Positions 1 to 10,891 are shown, counted from the stretch's first letter. The stretch is 64,000 bases of DNA from an uncultured Chloroflexia bacterium (GCA_963797095.1 CAWCNY010000006.1:640001-704000), one strand, 5' to 3'. Program-made: numbers and translations. The notes: generated by a model not told the origin, from the sequence alone.

Positions 1-334
1 CCAGGCCCAATATGAACCGTCCATTGCTCAAGAATTGCAAAGTGGCTCCCATTTTCGCCAGCAGGGCGGGGTTTCGGAACGATTGGCACAGTACTGTATG
101 CCCGAACCTCAATCTCGGGTGCAATGCCGCCACATAGGCAAGCGCCGTGAACCCCTCCAGCAGATCCCTGTCACCAAACTGTAAATGATCCACAAACCAA
201 GCCGAGTCGAAATGCCCCTCGATCAACTCCAACCCCCTGTTCAAATCTTGCAGGAATGTGGCTCGCCCTGCTCGATTATGCGCGCTGCTCGGCATTTCAG
301 TTGGCATACAGAAACCAAATTGGACGTTCGGCAT
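1..334 (-). CDS. LLM-class (luciferase-like) flavin-dependent oxidoreductase, 5' part (runs off left edge)
   Basis: Manual translation from ATG 334: MPNVQFGFCMP...FDSAWFVDHLQF...LCQSFRNPALLAKMGATLQFLSNGRFILGL, typical LLM motifs; absent from the ORF track because it is truncated. Confidence 0.85.
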   Translation of the reverse strand, partial: MPNVQFGFCMPTEMPSSAHNRAGRATFLQDLNRGLELIEGHFDSAWFVDHLQFGDRDLLEGFTALAYVAALHPRLRFGHTVLCQSFRNPALLAKMGATLQFLSNGRFILGL

Positions 335-453
335 GCTGCTCAATCCCCGTGTTACTAATTGTACCCTATGGCATAGCTCTGCCCGATTGTGGATTTAGGT
401 GGCGCGGAACTTCGGTACGTGCTAGATTAGAAGTGTAGAAGCCGGAGCGCGCC

Positions 454-1512
454 ATGAAACAGTGCCCTAACCCGAACTGTATATATTACACCCGCCTGGA
501 AGAACTGCCGGACGCCTATGTGCGCTGCCCCTCCTGCGGTGGGCAACTGGTCAATTCGTCAACTACTTCGGGCGTGCTGAGGTCGGGCCACCTCCCGAGG
601 ATCAGCGCTCTTCCTGGGCGCGATCTGGACGATGAATTCCAGCAGGCGTTTCCTGAAGAGGCATTGCAGCCGGCCCCGCAGGTCGTGGGCGTGCCCACAG
701 GTGCGGTGCAGCACGAGGAGGGTGAATACTATCCCTACGACGAGTCCTCAGAATATGAGGTAGTGCCAGGACCTCCCCCCCTGTCTCGCTTCGCCAGGTT
801 CGGCTATATCGCGGGCGGGCTGCTCCTCATCATAGCGTGTGGGCTGTTCGTATTCGTGATCGGGTCGCGCATCTTCCAGCAAGCTGGTGTGGTTCCATCA
901 CCACAGGCAACCCAGACCGCCCTCGCGTCTATCCGCCCCGCAATCAATACCCCTATATCCGAACTCCCCACCGCCAACGTCCTGCCCACAAGCGCCCCAC
1001 CTACGAGCGTGCCCCCGACCAACGCCCCTCCTCCCCCACCCTCTACCGACACTCCCTCCGTGCCGGTATCCGAGCCGCCCACCTCCGCACCTGTGCCCAT
1101 CGATACTCCGCCACCCTCTCCGCCCGCCCCCACAGCGCAGGTCAATGCTACCGCCCCGCCCGCGCAGAGTGAGCCATCCGCCGGTGTGCTTGATGCCTTC
1201 ATGACCTCCAGTGTCCAGGGAGGCCAATCCCTCGATATCGTTACCACCTATGGGGCATCAGATACATTCGTCCTGGCGGTGCAGGCGCAATTCGGCCCCG
1301 ACGGCGTTACCTCGGTGCTAACCCGCTGGTATGGTCCCGATGGCGGCCTCCTCTACGAATTCCCCCGCTCATACTCTCAATCAGGCACCTACTACTCAAC
1401 CTTCAATCTCCGCAAAAGCACCCCCTGGCTCGAAGGCAGCTATCGAGTAGACATCTACACCAACGACGGCACCGTCCCGGCCTACACAGTGAACTTCGCT
1501 GTAAGCCCCTGA
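454..1512 (+). CDS. Membrane-anchored hypothetical protein (N-terminal Cys-pair zinc ribbon, one TM helix, Pro/Thr linker, beta-rich C-terminal domain)
   Basis: CPNPNC...CPSC, hydrophobic stretch around aa 117-137, PT-rich linker, GGAG RBS. Confidence 0.75.
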   Translation: MKQCPNPNCIYYTRLEELPDAYVRCPSCGGQLVNSSTTSGVLRSGHLPRISALPGRDLDDEFQQAFPEEALQPAPQVVGVPTGAVQHEEGEYYPYDESSEYEVVPGPPPLSRFARFGYIAGGLLLIIACGLFVFVIGSRIFQQAGVVPSPQATQTALASIRPAINTPISELPTANVLPTSAPPTSVPPTNAPPPPPSTDTPSVPVSEPPTSAPVPIDTPPPSPPAPTAQVNATAPPAQSEPSAGVLDAFMTSSVQGGQSLDIVTTYGASDTFVLAVQAQFGPDGVTSVLTRWYGPDGGLLYEFPRSYSQSGTYYSTFNLRKSTPWLEGSYRVDIYTNDGTVPAYTVNFAVSP

Positions 1513-1532
1513 TCGATGGTATGTAACTGTAC

Positions 1533-1577
1533 CTAAAAAGCCAAAATGGAGGCTCAGCTGCCATTTTGGCTTTTTAG
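1533..1577. terminator. Bidirectional intrinsic terminator
   Basis: CTAAAAAGCCAAAATGG ... CCATTTTGGCTTTTTAG between convergent genes. Confidence 0.8.
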
Positions 1578-1616
1578 ATAATCCTCCCCATTGGCGAGGG
1601 ACTCAGCAAAACATCA

Positions 1617-3017
1617 TTAGCCCGCCACGCTAGGCAATCCTGCCAGCGCCGCCTCGATCTCCTCCGCAGGGTGCTCATAATCTTCCAGGTCACCGCTAAG
1701 GTAGTGGTCGTAGGCCGACAGGTCAAAATGCCCATGCCCGCTCAGGTTGAACAGGATCGTCTTGGCCTCTCCTGCCTCTTTACACCTTAACGCCTCGTCA
1801 ATAGCAGCGCGTACGGCGTGCGCCGATTCGGGCGCGGGCACGATCCCCTCGCTTCGGGTGAACGTCACCGCCGCCTCGAACACCGGGTTCTGCTTGTAAG
1901 CCACAGCTTCGATCTGACCCAGCTCAAGCAGGTGGCTGATGATTGGCGCTGCCCCATGGTAGCGCAGCCCTCCCGCGTGGATAGGCTTGGGAATAAAACC
2001 GTGCCCCAGCGTGTGCATCTTCACCAGCGGAGTCATCATAGCCGTATCGCCGAAGTCGTAAGTGTACGTTCCTCTCGTCAAAGACGGCGAAGCGGACGGC
2101 TCGGCGGCCAGTATTCGCAAGTTCGACTTGCCCGTCAGCTTATCGCCCACGAATGGCAGCGACATGCCGCCGAAGTTGCTCCCACCACCAACGCAGCCGA
2201 TCACCACGTCGGGGTAATACCCTGCCATCTCCATCTGCATCTTGGCTTCCTGCCCGATCACCGTCTGGTGCATCAGAACGTGGTTCAGCACGCTCCCAAG
2301 CGAGTACTTGGTGTCGTCGCGCATGGCGGCATCTTCCACCGCCTCCGAGATCGCAATACCCAGGCTTCCTGTCAACTCGGGGTCCTGCTGCAAGATCGAG
2401 CGCCCAGCATTGGTCTCGTTGCTTGGGCTTGGGATCACTCTCGCCCCGAACAACTCCATCAAGATGCGGCGGTACGGCTTCTGGAAGTACGATACCTTTA
2501 CCATATATACCTGGCACTCAAGCCCAAACATGTGCGTTGCCATCGCCAGCGCGCTTCCCCACTGACCCGCGCCCGTTTCGGTGCTCAGCCTCTTCACCCC
2601 CTCTGCCATGCTATAGAACGCCTGGGGCAGCGCCGTGTTGGCCTTGTGGCTCCCCACAGGGCTGACCCCCTCGTACTTGTAGAAGATGCGGGCCGGCGTA
2701 TCCAGCGCCTTCTCAAGCCTGTGTGCTCTGTACATCGGCGTCGGGCGATACAAACGATACACCTCCAACACCTCGCCCGGCACGTCTATATACCTCTCTT
2801 GAGACACCTCCTGCTTGATGATCTCCATCGGGAAGAGTGGTGCAAGGTCGGCTGGCCCGATTGGCTGCCCCGTGCCGGGGTGCAACACCGGCGGCAGCGG
2901 TTTAGGCAGGTCGGCCTGGATGTTGTACCACTGCCTGGGGATCTTCTCTTCATCGAGGATGTACTTGGTGCGCTCGCCTGGCAAATCGCCCACTTTACCG
3001 AGATTAGTTGCGTCCAT
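1617..3017 (-). CDS. trpB2: TrpB2 / TrpB-like PLP-dependent enzyme
   Basis: [11 protein letters not shown]-lysine motif, [24 protein letters not shown]; start placed at ATG 3017 after AAGGAG. Confidence 0.9.
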   Translation of the reverse strand: MDATNLGKVGDLPGERTKYILDEEKIPRQWYNIQADLPKPLPPVLHPGTGQPIGPADLAPLFPMEIIKQEVSQERYIDVPGEVLEVYRLYRPTPMYRAHRLEKALDTPARIFYKYEGVSPVGSHKANTALPQAFYSMAEGVKRLSTETGAGQWGSALAMATHMFGLECQVYMVKVSYFQKPYRRILMELFGARVIPSPSNETNAGRSILQQDPELTGSLGIAISEAVEDAAMRDDTKYSLGSVLNHVLMHQTVIGQEAKMQMEMAGYYPDVVIGCVGGGSNFGGMSLPFVGDKLTGKSNLRILAAEPSASPSLTRGTYTYDFGDTAMMTPLVKMHTLGHGFIPKPIHAGGLRYHGAAPIISHLLELGQIEAVAYKQNPVFEAAVTFTRSEGIVPAPESAHAVRAAIDEALRCKEAGEAKTILFNLSGHGHFDLSAYDHYLSGDLEDYEHPAEEIEAALAGLPSVAG

Positions 3018-3834
3018 CTTGCTTCTCCTTTTTAGAAAGTTTCCCAAACCGCTCCAACGAAACGCGTTCAAGATCAATCATATAATTCAACCCGTGCGTG
3101 GCTGCCAGCGCGGGCGCGATCTCCTGATAGAACCCGATCAGAATGCCTGCGGCCCCAAGCATCTCTTCCCGGTCGAGCCTGCAACACGTTGCCTCCAGAG
3201 GTCGAGTCTCCTCTCTCGGCACCACCGTCTCCACCTTTGAATAGGCCGAGTGCTCAGAAGTGAAATCGTGCTTTAGACGAGCCAGTTTCAGGCACTTCAT
3301 CCGCATCTCGTCCAGCGAGCCATACGCCGTCCATAGCTGCCCGCGTCTCATCCCCGCGATGAAATGCATCAGGTTATCCCAAAAACCATACAGCAGCGCG
3401 TACAGCGTGCGCTTCTGCGCCTCTTCACCCGGGTTGTAAAGCGGGAAGGTTCTGCCCGCCAGCAATCCCTTCTTATCAACTAGCGTCTCAAACGCCCCGC
3501 CATGTATATGCTCGAAGTGGCTCTCCCGTGCCAGGCTGAACTCGCCTTCCACGCCGTCGGCGTACGTGAACAGCACCATATCGAACCCGAACAGGTTGAA
3601 ATCTTCGAGAAAGACAGGGTGCCCCAGTTGCTGCATAAAGGTCCGGCGCTCCGCAAAGAAATCGTCATACCCATAGTCCGAAACGATCGCATAAATATCA
3701 AGGTCGGACCACTCATCGGCCATGCCAGCAGCAAAAGAGCCGCCCAGGAAGGCCGCCGCCACATGTGCGTTAGCTTCACAAGCTGCCACAAAACGCTGAA
3801 GCAGCGCCTGCTGCTCTTCGGAACCGGTTTTCAT
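3004..3834 (-). CDS. Pol-beta-type nucleotidyltransferase (aminoglycoside/lincosamide adenylyltransferase-like)
   Basis: [16 protein letters not shown] (GS..DxD) motif followed by a helical C-terminal domain. Confidence 0.7.
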   Translation of the reverse strand: MKTGSEEQQALLQRFVAACEANAHVAAAFLGGSFAAGMADEWSDLDIYAIVSDYGYDDFFAERRTFMQQLGHPVFLEDFNLFGFDMVLFTYADGVEGEFSLARESHFEHIHGGAFETLVDKKGLLAGRTFPLYNPGEEAQKRTLYALLYGFWDNLMHFIAGMRRGQLWTAYGSLDEMRMKCLKLARLKHDFTSEHSAYSKVETVVPREETRPLEATCCRLDREEMLGAAGILIGFYQEIAPALAATHGLNYMIDLERVSLERFGKLSKKEKQDGRN

Positions 3835-3878
3835 ACTGTTCTGCCGTTGCCTGTCGTCGTAAACCGCTGATTTTATTC

Positions 3879-5020
3879 ACTCACCTTACGCAGCCAGGCG
3901 AACAGGTTGAAGTTGGCGGAAGGTATCAAAGGCAACCTGCATGGCACGCAAGTAGATAGTGCTCTTTAGAGCAAAGTGGTTGAGATGATTGGACAGCTTC
4001 AACAATTCGAGCTTGACGTACCCACACAAAGAGGCAAACAAATGGTTGGTCTGGGTGCACACTGTGTGAGTTGGCGAGCGTTCCAAAGAAGCATTCTGCT
4101 TCAGCGACTTGTGATACTCTTCCACGTTCCACCGTCTCTGGTAGATTGTGGTGATTTGGTCGAAGGTGCATGTCACATCCGAGCACACCAGATACTGGGT
4201 GATTTGACCACCATCTTCGTTTGCGAAGAGTTGCTTGACCAATATCAAGGGGAAGTCTATCCCTTCAAGATAGACCGTCCGCACCTCACCCGTCTCCAGC
4301 GGCACACTGTCCACACGCATGTACCAACCCTGTCGTTTGTCTCCCTCGGTAAAGGCCACCTTGCGGTTGGTCTTGAGAGGCATGATGAAATCCCCCTCCA
4401 ATTCGACTTTGACGAAGCGCATATTGTCCGCCGAGGCATACCACACGTCATTGAGCACGAAGTTGAGCACGAAGCGGAACAACACTTGGTTGTGCTTGGC
4501 TTGCCGCAACAACGCCTGATAGTGCTCGTTCTTACTGACCGGATCACGCCGCTTGGTTTTGCCGTCTTTAGGGTCCACATACTGCTCGGTCTTTCTTACC
4601 AACCGAAAACCCACGGGCAGCGACACCTCCAACTCAGGCACATGGTACAAGGCCGAGAGGAAGTTTATCCCCTTGACCGTTGTGCCTTTGGAGTGGTCAT
4701 AGTGCCAGGCGATGATGTCGTTCTCATCTGTGTACGGCTTCTCCGAGATGGAGTCGTCCACGATGATGCACCCATCTTCCTGCTCAACGGCTCGCACATG
4801 AGGCTTGACAAAATGCCACAGGTCAGCAGAGGTGAACTCTCCCTTGGAGAGGAAGCGTTGAATGGGGTCATGGCTCACGCTTCCACTCAGCAATGCGCTC
4901 AAGCCCGTGCCGGTGGTCAGACCGAAAGAGCTTATCAGGTAGTCAGTGTACAGATCAAGCAGTTCTTTGTTCGTCATCCCTTTAGTCTACCATTCAACAC
5001 TTCGGCTGCGTAAGGTGAGT
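3879..5020 (-). mobile_element. IS701-family insertion sequence
   Basis: Perfect 17-bp TIRs ACTCACCTTACGCAGCC (3879-3895 / 5004-5020); flanking direct repeat TATTC (TTATTCA if the TIR is 16 bp). Confidence 0.9.
3886..4977 (-). CDS. IS701-family DDE transposase
   Basis: IIVDDSISEKPYTDEN, DVWY, YQRRWNVEEYHKSLKQ; carries a 12-nt in-frame duplication (FVLN x2). Confidence 0.9.
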   Translation of the reverse strand: MTNKELLDLYTDYLISSFGLTTGTGLSALLSGSVSHDPIQRFLSKGEFTSADLWHFVKPHVRAVEQEDGCIIVDDSISEKPYTDENDIIAWHYDHSKGTTVKGINFLSALYHVPELEVSLPVGFRLVRKTEQYVDPKDGKTKRRDPVSKNEHYQALLRQAKHNQVLFRFVLNFVLNDVWYASADNMRFVKVELEGDFIMPLKTNRKVAFTEGDKRQGWYMRVDSVPLETGEVRTVYLEGIDFPLILVKQLFANEDGGQITQYLVCSDVTCTFDQITTIYQRRWNVEEYHKSLKQNASLERSPTHTVCTQTNHLFASLCGYVKLELLKLSNHLNHFALKSTIYLRAMQVAFDTFRQLQPVRLAA

Positions 5021-5098
5021 TATTCAATTGTTGGGCCAGTATACGAGCCGCATATCAGGCGTGTCAAGACATTTCCAGTAGCCAATACTCATCATTTC

Positions 5099-6055
5099 TT
5101 AGCCATCAAGTGCCCGGCGCAAATGCTCTATCGAGGTATTGCCACCGCTGCACACAATGCCAACTCTCTTACCCTGTAGATCGTCCCGAAGCCGGTAAGC
5201 GGCAGCCAGCCCGGATGCCCCGGCTCCTTCTGCCAGCGTATGCGCCCGTTCAACCATCCACTTCATGGCTTGCAGGATCTCCCCATCGCTGACCAGCAGG
5301 AATTCTTCCAATCTCTTGCGCAAAATAGCCTGTGGTAAAGCGAAGGCGGTGCCCGTCGCCAACCCCTCGGCGAACGTCCGGTTGGGAGCCTCCACTATCT
5401 TACCCGTTCGCCACAACTCATAAGCCGCGGGCGACAATTCGGATTGCACGGCAATGACGCGAATGGCCGGGTTGACCGCGTTTGCAACGATGCAAGCTCC
5501 GGCGACCCCGCTGCCCCCACCCAGGGGCACGATGATCACCTCCAGATCGGGCCTGTCCTCCAGCATTTCAAGGCATCCTGTGCCAACGCCTGCGATCAGC
5601 AGTGGCTCGTCTCCTGAGTGGATGTAGCGCCAGCCGTTCTCTCGCGCCAGCGCCTCACAATGCAACCGTGCCTCGTCGAAGTTGGACCCGTGGAAGATAA
5701 TCTTCGCGCCCATGCCCTCCATCGCAGCCACCTTGCCGGGGTTTGCGCCCTCCGGCACAACGACCCTGGCTTCCACTCCGAACAACCGGGATGCGAATGC
5801 AATCGACTGCCCATGATTCCCGGTCGAAGCGGTGATAACACCGCGCTCTTTTTCATCGTCGCTCAACTGCGAGATCAGGTTCACCCCGCCGCGTATCTTG
5901 AATGCACCGACGGGCTGGTAGTTCTCGTGCTTAATATATACCTCGGTCCCGATCAATTCGTTTATAGCCGGGTAGTTGTGCATCGGTGTGCGGCTCAGGT
6001 AAGGCCGGATCTGCTTCTGAGCCAGCAGCACATCTTGAAAAGTAGGAACGTACAT
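5099..6055 (-). CDS. Threonine/serine dehydratase (PLP fold II)
   Basis: KHENYQPVGAFKIRG, TASTGNHG, VPLGGGSG, CSGGN. Confidence 0.9.
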   Translation of the reverse strand: MYVPTFQDVLLAQKQIRPYLSRTPMHNYPAINELIGTEVYIKHENYQPVGAFKIRGGVNLISQLSDDEKERGVITASTGNHGQSIAFASRLFGVEARVVVPEGANPGKVAAMEGMGAKIIFHGSNFDEARLHCEALARENGWRYIHSGDEPLLIAGVGTGCLEMLEDRPDLEVIIVPLGGGSGVAGACIVANAVNPAIRVIAVQSELSPAAYELWRTGKIVEAPNRTFAEGLATGTAFALPQAILRKRLEEFLLVSDGEILQAMKWMVERAHTLAEGAGASGLAAAYRLRDDLQGKRVGIVCSGGNTSIEHLRRALDG

Positions 6056-6115
6056 CGAAACATCTCCCCAATTATTCAGTTGGGTTGCCTCTCGTTAGGC
6101 AATCTGTGAATAACA

Positions 6116-6532
6116 TCATCCGTTTGTGTGAACGGTCTTCGTCATGCCGGATCGTTTCGAGTCCGGTTCGCCGCTCTCTATGCCCCAACTCCAATGGACC
6201 TCCGGAGTGATTACCATATAGAAAGAGCCAGAATAACTCCCAGGCTCAGGGGTGCGCTCCTCGATCTCGGCTGTGCCGTGCACCTTCACGCCCCTCACAA
6301 GCCATGGCGACACGCTCTCCAAGTCATCGATCACCAAAGCTACTCGTGCGTTGCCCGCCGTTACGTTCTTGTATTTAAGTGTTTTTCGTATATCTCGGCC
6401 GCCCACGATGAAATTCTCGCCATCGAACCTGAACCCGACAACAGCCACATCCGGCTGTCCATCGGGTGAGACGGTGGCGATTCGTGCCAGGCGCTGCGAC
6501 CGCATATATTTGGCTTCTTGTTCTGTAAACAT
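6116..6532 (-). CDS. PPOX-class F420-dependent oxidoreductase
   Basis: RLARIATVSPDGQPDV, KYKNV..NARVALVIDD, RGVKVHG. Confidence 0.8.
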   Translation of the reverse strand: MFTEQEAKYMRSQRLARIATVSPDGQPDVAVVGFRFDGENFIVGGRDIRKTLKYKNVTAGNARVALVIDDLESVSPWLVRGVKVHGTAEIEERTPEPGSYSGSFYMVITPEVHWSWGIESGEPDSKRSGMTKTVHTNG

Positions 6533-6577
6533 TGTATGTACCTCTTTTCATTGAGCTCAGGCTTGCGGGGATCTGGT

Positions 6578-7866
6578 TAGGCCCTATGCGTCAGAAGAAT
6601 TGAGAAGGCCCATGAGCATGAGAGCTTGGTGTGGGCGTTGGCTGTTGGCACGTAAGGCCGAGGCTATGCGATGTAGACCTCCTCTGTGTAACAAGCTCAC
6701 CTGTGTAACAAGCTCACCGCCGTAGTGCGTAGCGCCGACATCACCGCTCCTCCTTGCCCCACATGGATCAAGCTCCTGTCTTCTCCCATTGTCACGTCCA
6801 CTCTTTATCACCCCTTTGTGCTCCCACTTGCGCTTGATCTGCACTACCTGTGAAAGCCCTGGCCACCGGCTGTAGCTGTAGCCCGCAAGGTCGGTTGAGG
6901 CTATCCCCACTCGCTCCTCTATACGTCCATGTCCCTTGTCCACAGTAGTTGCAGAACGGTAGTCGAACTCCTCCTCCTTTGCTTGTTGGGCATTCTGCAT
7001 TTCGGGTGCCTGGAAGAGAGTGTCCAACTCCTCCAGCAACTGGGGTTGATTGCCTCGCACCACCAGCAACTGGGGTTGATTGCCTCGCACCACCACCAGA
7101 TAATCACCCCCATCCCCAAGCACCATCTCGCACAACTGCACCTGGCAGTACAAGGCATCCCCTGTCAGTATCCTTCCCTGCCAACTGATGCTACTCACCA
7201 ACTTTGGCGCTCCACTTAGTTCAGCTTCTCCATGCTGGTTATCCAGAGCGAGTTGGGCCAGCACTACCCCAACGTCGTGGCAGAATGCTTCTATGTCATG
7301 GATTGTGCAAGCATTATCAGGCTCAAACTGCAACTGATCCTTGCGAGCCTTACCGTCCACAGCTACTGCCTGCTGGCCACGTCGCCGTATTCGCTTATGC
7401 GAGTTTTGCTCTTGCTCAAAGTAATCAGTCAGTGCCATACGCAGTTGGTGTGGGTCAAGACGACGAAACAGACGGTGGAGTGTGGACTGGGTAGGGCTGC
7501 GGTCCATGGGTAGATCGAGTGCCTGCCGAAGTTGGGGCGATAAGCCCTGTGCCCACTCAGCAATAGCCAACACCGATAGGCAGTTGCACAGGATACCAGC
7601 CACAGCCAGGCACAACAAGCTCGGTAGCCAATAGACCCGGCCTTGAGCACGGCGGGGATCGGGTACTGTCGCAAAGGCTTGGAACAGATCGCAAATCCCG
7701 AGGTCGAACTGCTCATATTCGTACTGATAGGCATAGGATTTAGATGCTGTATACTGAATTGGGCGTTCCTTTCTGCTATGGGATTCTTAGTCGAACCCTA
7801 TCTTAGCAGAGGAACGCTCGTTTGTCTTTCTCTCTTATTCCCTCCTTTTAGCACGCATAAGCCCTG
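6578..7866 (-). mobile_element. ISAs1-family insertion sequence (decayed)
   Basis: Imperfect TIRs TAGGCCCTATGCGT / ACGCATAAGCCCTG; 10-bp direct repeat GGGATCTGGT at 6568-6577 and 7867-7876. Confidence 0.85.
6584..7759 (-). pseudogene. ISAs1 transposase pseudogene
   Basis: VPDPRR, AVDGK, TGDALYCQ, DKGHGRIEER present; start codon reads ATT after GAAAGGA; RxHWxIEN segment deleted; DVTMGEDRS out of frame; 30-nt and 17-nt duplications. Confidence 0.8.
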
Positions 7867-7923
7867 GGGATCTGGTAGAGGCCTGTGTATACTTTATGAG
7901 ATCTATTATACAATTGACCCGAC

Positions 7924-9687
7924 ATGGAAACGCGAGAACTCCCGGACCACTCCCCGGCAAAAACCGATCCAAAGGCAACCGGCATCTTGCCTCTTGACGA
8001 CGAGGAGACCCAGATGCTGCCAGACCTAACCGCCTCAGCAGGCATCGCAGGCACATCTCTAGGCCTTGACGATCTCGGTGAGAGCATGGAGTCCCGTCCC
8101 CCCGCAGTAAGTGGCGTGGGGCGTATGCTCGCCCTCAACACGGCCATCGTGAGCGGGGCGTTCATCCTGAGCCGGGTGCTTGGGCTTGTGCGCGAGGCTG
8201 TGATTGCGGGGCAGTTTGGGGCTTCGGGCCAGCTCGACACTTACATCGCGGCTTTTCGTCTGCCCGATACCCTCTTCATCATAATAATTGGCGGTGCTGT
8301 TGGCTCTGCCTTCATCCCTGTGTTCACAGCGCTTTTGAGCAAAGGTCGAGACGCGCAGGCATGGCACCTGGCGTCTACACTAATCAACGCATCGGTAGTC
8401 CTCTTGAGCCTAGGCGGTATCCTACTGGGCTTTATAGCGCCCCTGGTGGTGGGCACCATCCTTTTCTCTCAGGGCACGCCTGAGCAGCAAGCTACCGTCA
8501 CCGATCTAACCCGTATCATGCTAATATCGCCGCTTTTCCTGGGGCTGGGTGGGTGGGCGCAGGGCATCCTCAACGCCCGCCAACGGTTCACTCTGCCCGC
8601 GCTTGCTCCGGTCTTCTACAATCTCGCCATAATCGCGGGGGCTCTCTTCTTAGCGCCCACCTTTGGTGTGTATGGTCTCGCCTGGGGTGTGGTAGCGGGT
8701 GCGCTCCTCCATTTCGGGGTGCAAATACCGGGGCTGCGCAAGGCCGGTATGCGTTACGCTCTAAGGCTCAACCTCCGCGATGAGGGCGTGCGCGTGGTTG
8801 GAAAGCTGATCTTGCCGCGTATACTGGGCCAGGCTGCTTTCCAGGTCAACGTGGTGGCGATGACCACCATTGCTCTCTTCCTGGCAGCGGGCAGCCTGTC
8901 GGCTTTCAACTACGCGTACACGATCATGATCTTGCCGCATGGGGTGTTCGCCCTCTCGCTTGCTACAGTTACCTTCCCCACCATGTCAGCGCAATTCGCT
9001 GAGGGCAAACTAGACGACCTCCGAAGAACGTTGGCTGGGGCGGTACGGGTGCTGCTGTTCCTCACTGTGCCCGCCGCGGTCGGTATGTTTGCTTTGCGCG
9101 GGGAACTGGTGGCTGCCCTCTTCCAGTTAGGCAAATTCAGCGTGGAGGATACACAACTGGTGGCCTCGGCTCTCGCCTACTTCGCGCTTGGCCTCGTCTC
9201 TTATGCGGTAGTAGAGATCATTACACGTGCCTTCTACGCCCTGCACGACACGCGTACCCCTGTACTAATAGCGGTCGTCACCGTGCTCCTGAATGTGGCC
9301 CTGGCCGCCTACCTCGCTCTCGCCATCGGGATGAACCAGGATGGGCTGGCTCTTAGCCTGGCTTTTACCACGACCATTGAAATGGTGCTGCTATGGGTCT
9401 TCCTGGGGCGCAAACTTCCAGGCTGGCAACTGTCACTGGATGGGATGTTCTTTTCCATTGGGAAGAGCACGTTGTCCGCCCTTCTAATGGGCGCAGTGCT
9501 GCTCCTGGCGATGCCCCTGTTACGCGACCTTCTGCCGCTTGCCAGTACAAGCAAGCTGGAAGCTATCGTGTTGCTGGCGGTTGGTGTGGGCCTCGGTGGG
9601 ATCGTCTATCTGGGCCTGGCAAAGGCTCTACGCTCCCAGGAAGTTGATCGGTCAACATCCCTCATTTTGCGTCGCCTGGGGCGCTAA
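7924..9687 (+). CDS. murJ: Lipid II flippase MurJ (MviN)
   Basis: SRVLGLVRE, AFRLPD, SAFIPVF, RAFYALHDTRTP; multiple TM helices; start uncertain. Confidence 0.92.
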   Translation: METRELPDHSPAKTDPKATGILPLDDEETQMLPDLTASAGIAGTSLGLDDLGESMESRPPAVSGVGRMLALNTAIVSGAFILSRVLGLVREAVIAGQFGASGQLDTYIAAFRLPDTLFIIIIGGAVGSAFIPVFTALLSKGRDAQAWHLASTLINASVVLLSLGGILLGFIAPLVVGTILFSQGTPEQQATVTDLTRIMLISPLFLGLGGWAQGILNARQRFTLPALAPVFYNLAIIAGALFLAPTFGVYGLAWGVVAGALLHFGVQIPGLRKAGMRYALRLNLRDEGVRVVGKLILPRILGQAAFQVNVVAMTTIALFLAAGSLSAFNYAYTIMILPHGVFALSLATVTFPTMSAQFAEGKLDDLRRTLAGAVRVLLFLTVPAAVGMFALRGELVAALFQLGKFSVEDTQLVASALAYFALGLVSYAVVEIITRAFYALHDTRTPVLIAVVTVLLNVALAAYLALAIGMNQDGLALSLAFTTTIEMVLLWVFLGRKLPGWQLSLDGMFFSIGKSTLSALLMGAVLLLAMPLLRDLLPLASTSKLEAIVLLAVGVGLGGIVYLGLAKALRSQEVDRSTSLILRRLGR

Positions 9688-9878
9688 AACCCCAAAAGTA
9701 CTACGATTCCAGGCACCTTCACGCTAAGTGCTAGCACAATATATTACTAAAGTAGTATATTTCAGTAGCCATCCGGACCAGGCGTCTCTCCCCCCAAAAT
9801 CCCATTGTGGTCGGGGTCTAATTGGCCCTATGCTTAAGTAGACCGTTCAATACAGTCCTCCATAATAATTCAAGGGAA

Positions 9879-10772
9879 ATGAGGTTCGGATTAGTGTACT
9901 CCGACATAAAAGAAAGCCCCTGTAAGAAAGGGATATTAGCAGCATGCATATCAGCAGCGGTATTAACGCTGATGCTTCCTTTGTTCACAATGACCGGAGG
10001 GGCCAATGCCTCGCCACTCGTAGCACCCGCCGCAGGCGCTCCGCCCCCTCCTCCCACAGCGCCCGCCACCTTGCCTGCTGCCTCACCGACCGGACAGTCG
10101 GCAACGCCCACCGTGCCCGGCCCCGTACCCACAGGTGTTATGCCTCCCGGCTCATGCTCGATTACATTCTCAGATGTTGAGCCTGAAGCCTGGTACTACA
10201 ATTACATCATGTGGATGGCGTGTAATGGCATAGCTCAGGGCTACCCTGATGGCACCTTCAAGCCGGGCAACCTTGCCACGCGCGGCCAGATAGTCAAAAT
10301 CGTAGTAAGCGCATTCGACCTGCCGCTCCACAACTTCGACGGATCGCACTTCGCCGACGTGCCCGTAGGTAGCACATTCTTCGACTGGGTAGAGACGGCG
10401 GCCTTCTACCAAATAGTCGAAGGGTATCCATGCGGAGGCCCTGGCGAACCTTGCAACGCGCTGAACCAGCCCTACTATCGACCGAACAGCAACGTGAGCC
10501 GGGCGCAATTGACCAAGATAATCGTGATCGCAGCCCAATTGACGAACCCTTCGGCCTGGATCCTCCTGAACCCGTCGGAGGCCACTTTCAGCGACGTTCC
10601 GACCGGCAGCACCTTCTACGTGTACGTCGAAACTGCGGTTACTCACGGTGTGTTGGAAGGTTATCCATGCGGAGGATCGGGCGAACCTTGCCCAGGTCGC
10701 TACTTCCGTCCCAATGGCACTGCTACCCGCGCCCAATTGTCGAAGATGGTGTACGAGGCTGTAGTTCCCTAA
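9879..10772 (+). CDS. Secreted S-layer homology (SLH) domain protein
   Basis: Three SLH-like repeats (FSDV..., GYPDGTFKP..ATRGQ, VSRAQ, ATRAQ) with GYPCGG.GEPC loops; signal-like N-terminus; start uncertain. Confidence 0.85.
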   Translation: MRFGLVYSDIKESPCKKGILAACISAAVLTLMLPLFTMTGGANASPLVAPAAGAPPPPPTAPATLPAASPTGQSATPTVPGPVPTGVMPPGSCSITFSDVEPEAWYYNYIMWMACNGIAQGYPDGTFKPGNLATRGQIVKIVVSAFDLPLHNFDGSHFADVPVGSTFFDWVETAAFYQIVEGYPCGGPGEPCNALNQPYYRPNSNVSRAQLTKIIVIAAQLTNPSAWILLNPSEATFSDVPTGSTFYVYVETAVTHGVLEGYPCGGSGEPCPGRYFRPNGTATRAQLSKMVYEAVVP

Positions 10773-10777
10773 CACGC

Positions 10778-10807
10778 TTGACGCTTACCCCCGCTGGATT
10801 GTATAAT
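10778..10807 (+). promoter_or_regulatory. Sigma70-type promoter of tRNA-Pro
   Basis: TTGACG-N18-TATAAT. Confidence 0.7.
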
Positions 10808-10817
10808 TATCCAGCAT

Positions 10818-10891
10818 CGGGGTGTAGCGCAGCCCGGCAGCGCACATCGTTTGGGACGATGGGGCCACAGGTTCAAATCCTGTCACCCCGA
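10818..10891 (+). tRNA. tRNA-Pro(TGG), CCA not encoded
   Basis: Acceptor CGGGGTG/CACCCCG, anticodon arm CATCG-TT-TGG-GA-CGATG, T-arm ACAGG-TTCAAAT-CCTGT. Confidence 0.95.

Noticed and set aside
9739-9760. AT-rich imperfect palindrome upstream of the SLH gene
   Set aside because: Single low-complexity occurrence; no regulator can be assigned
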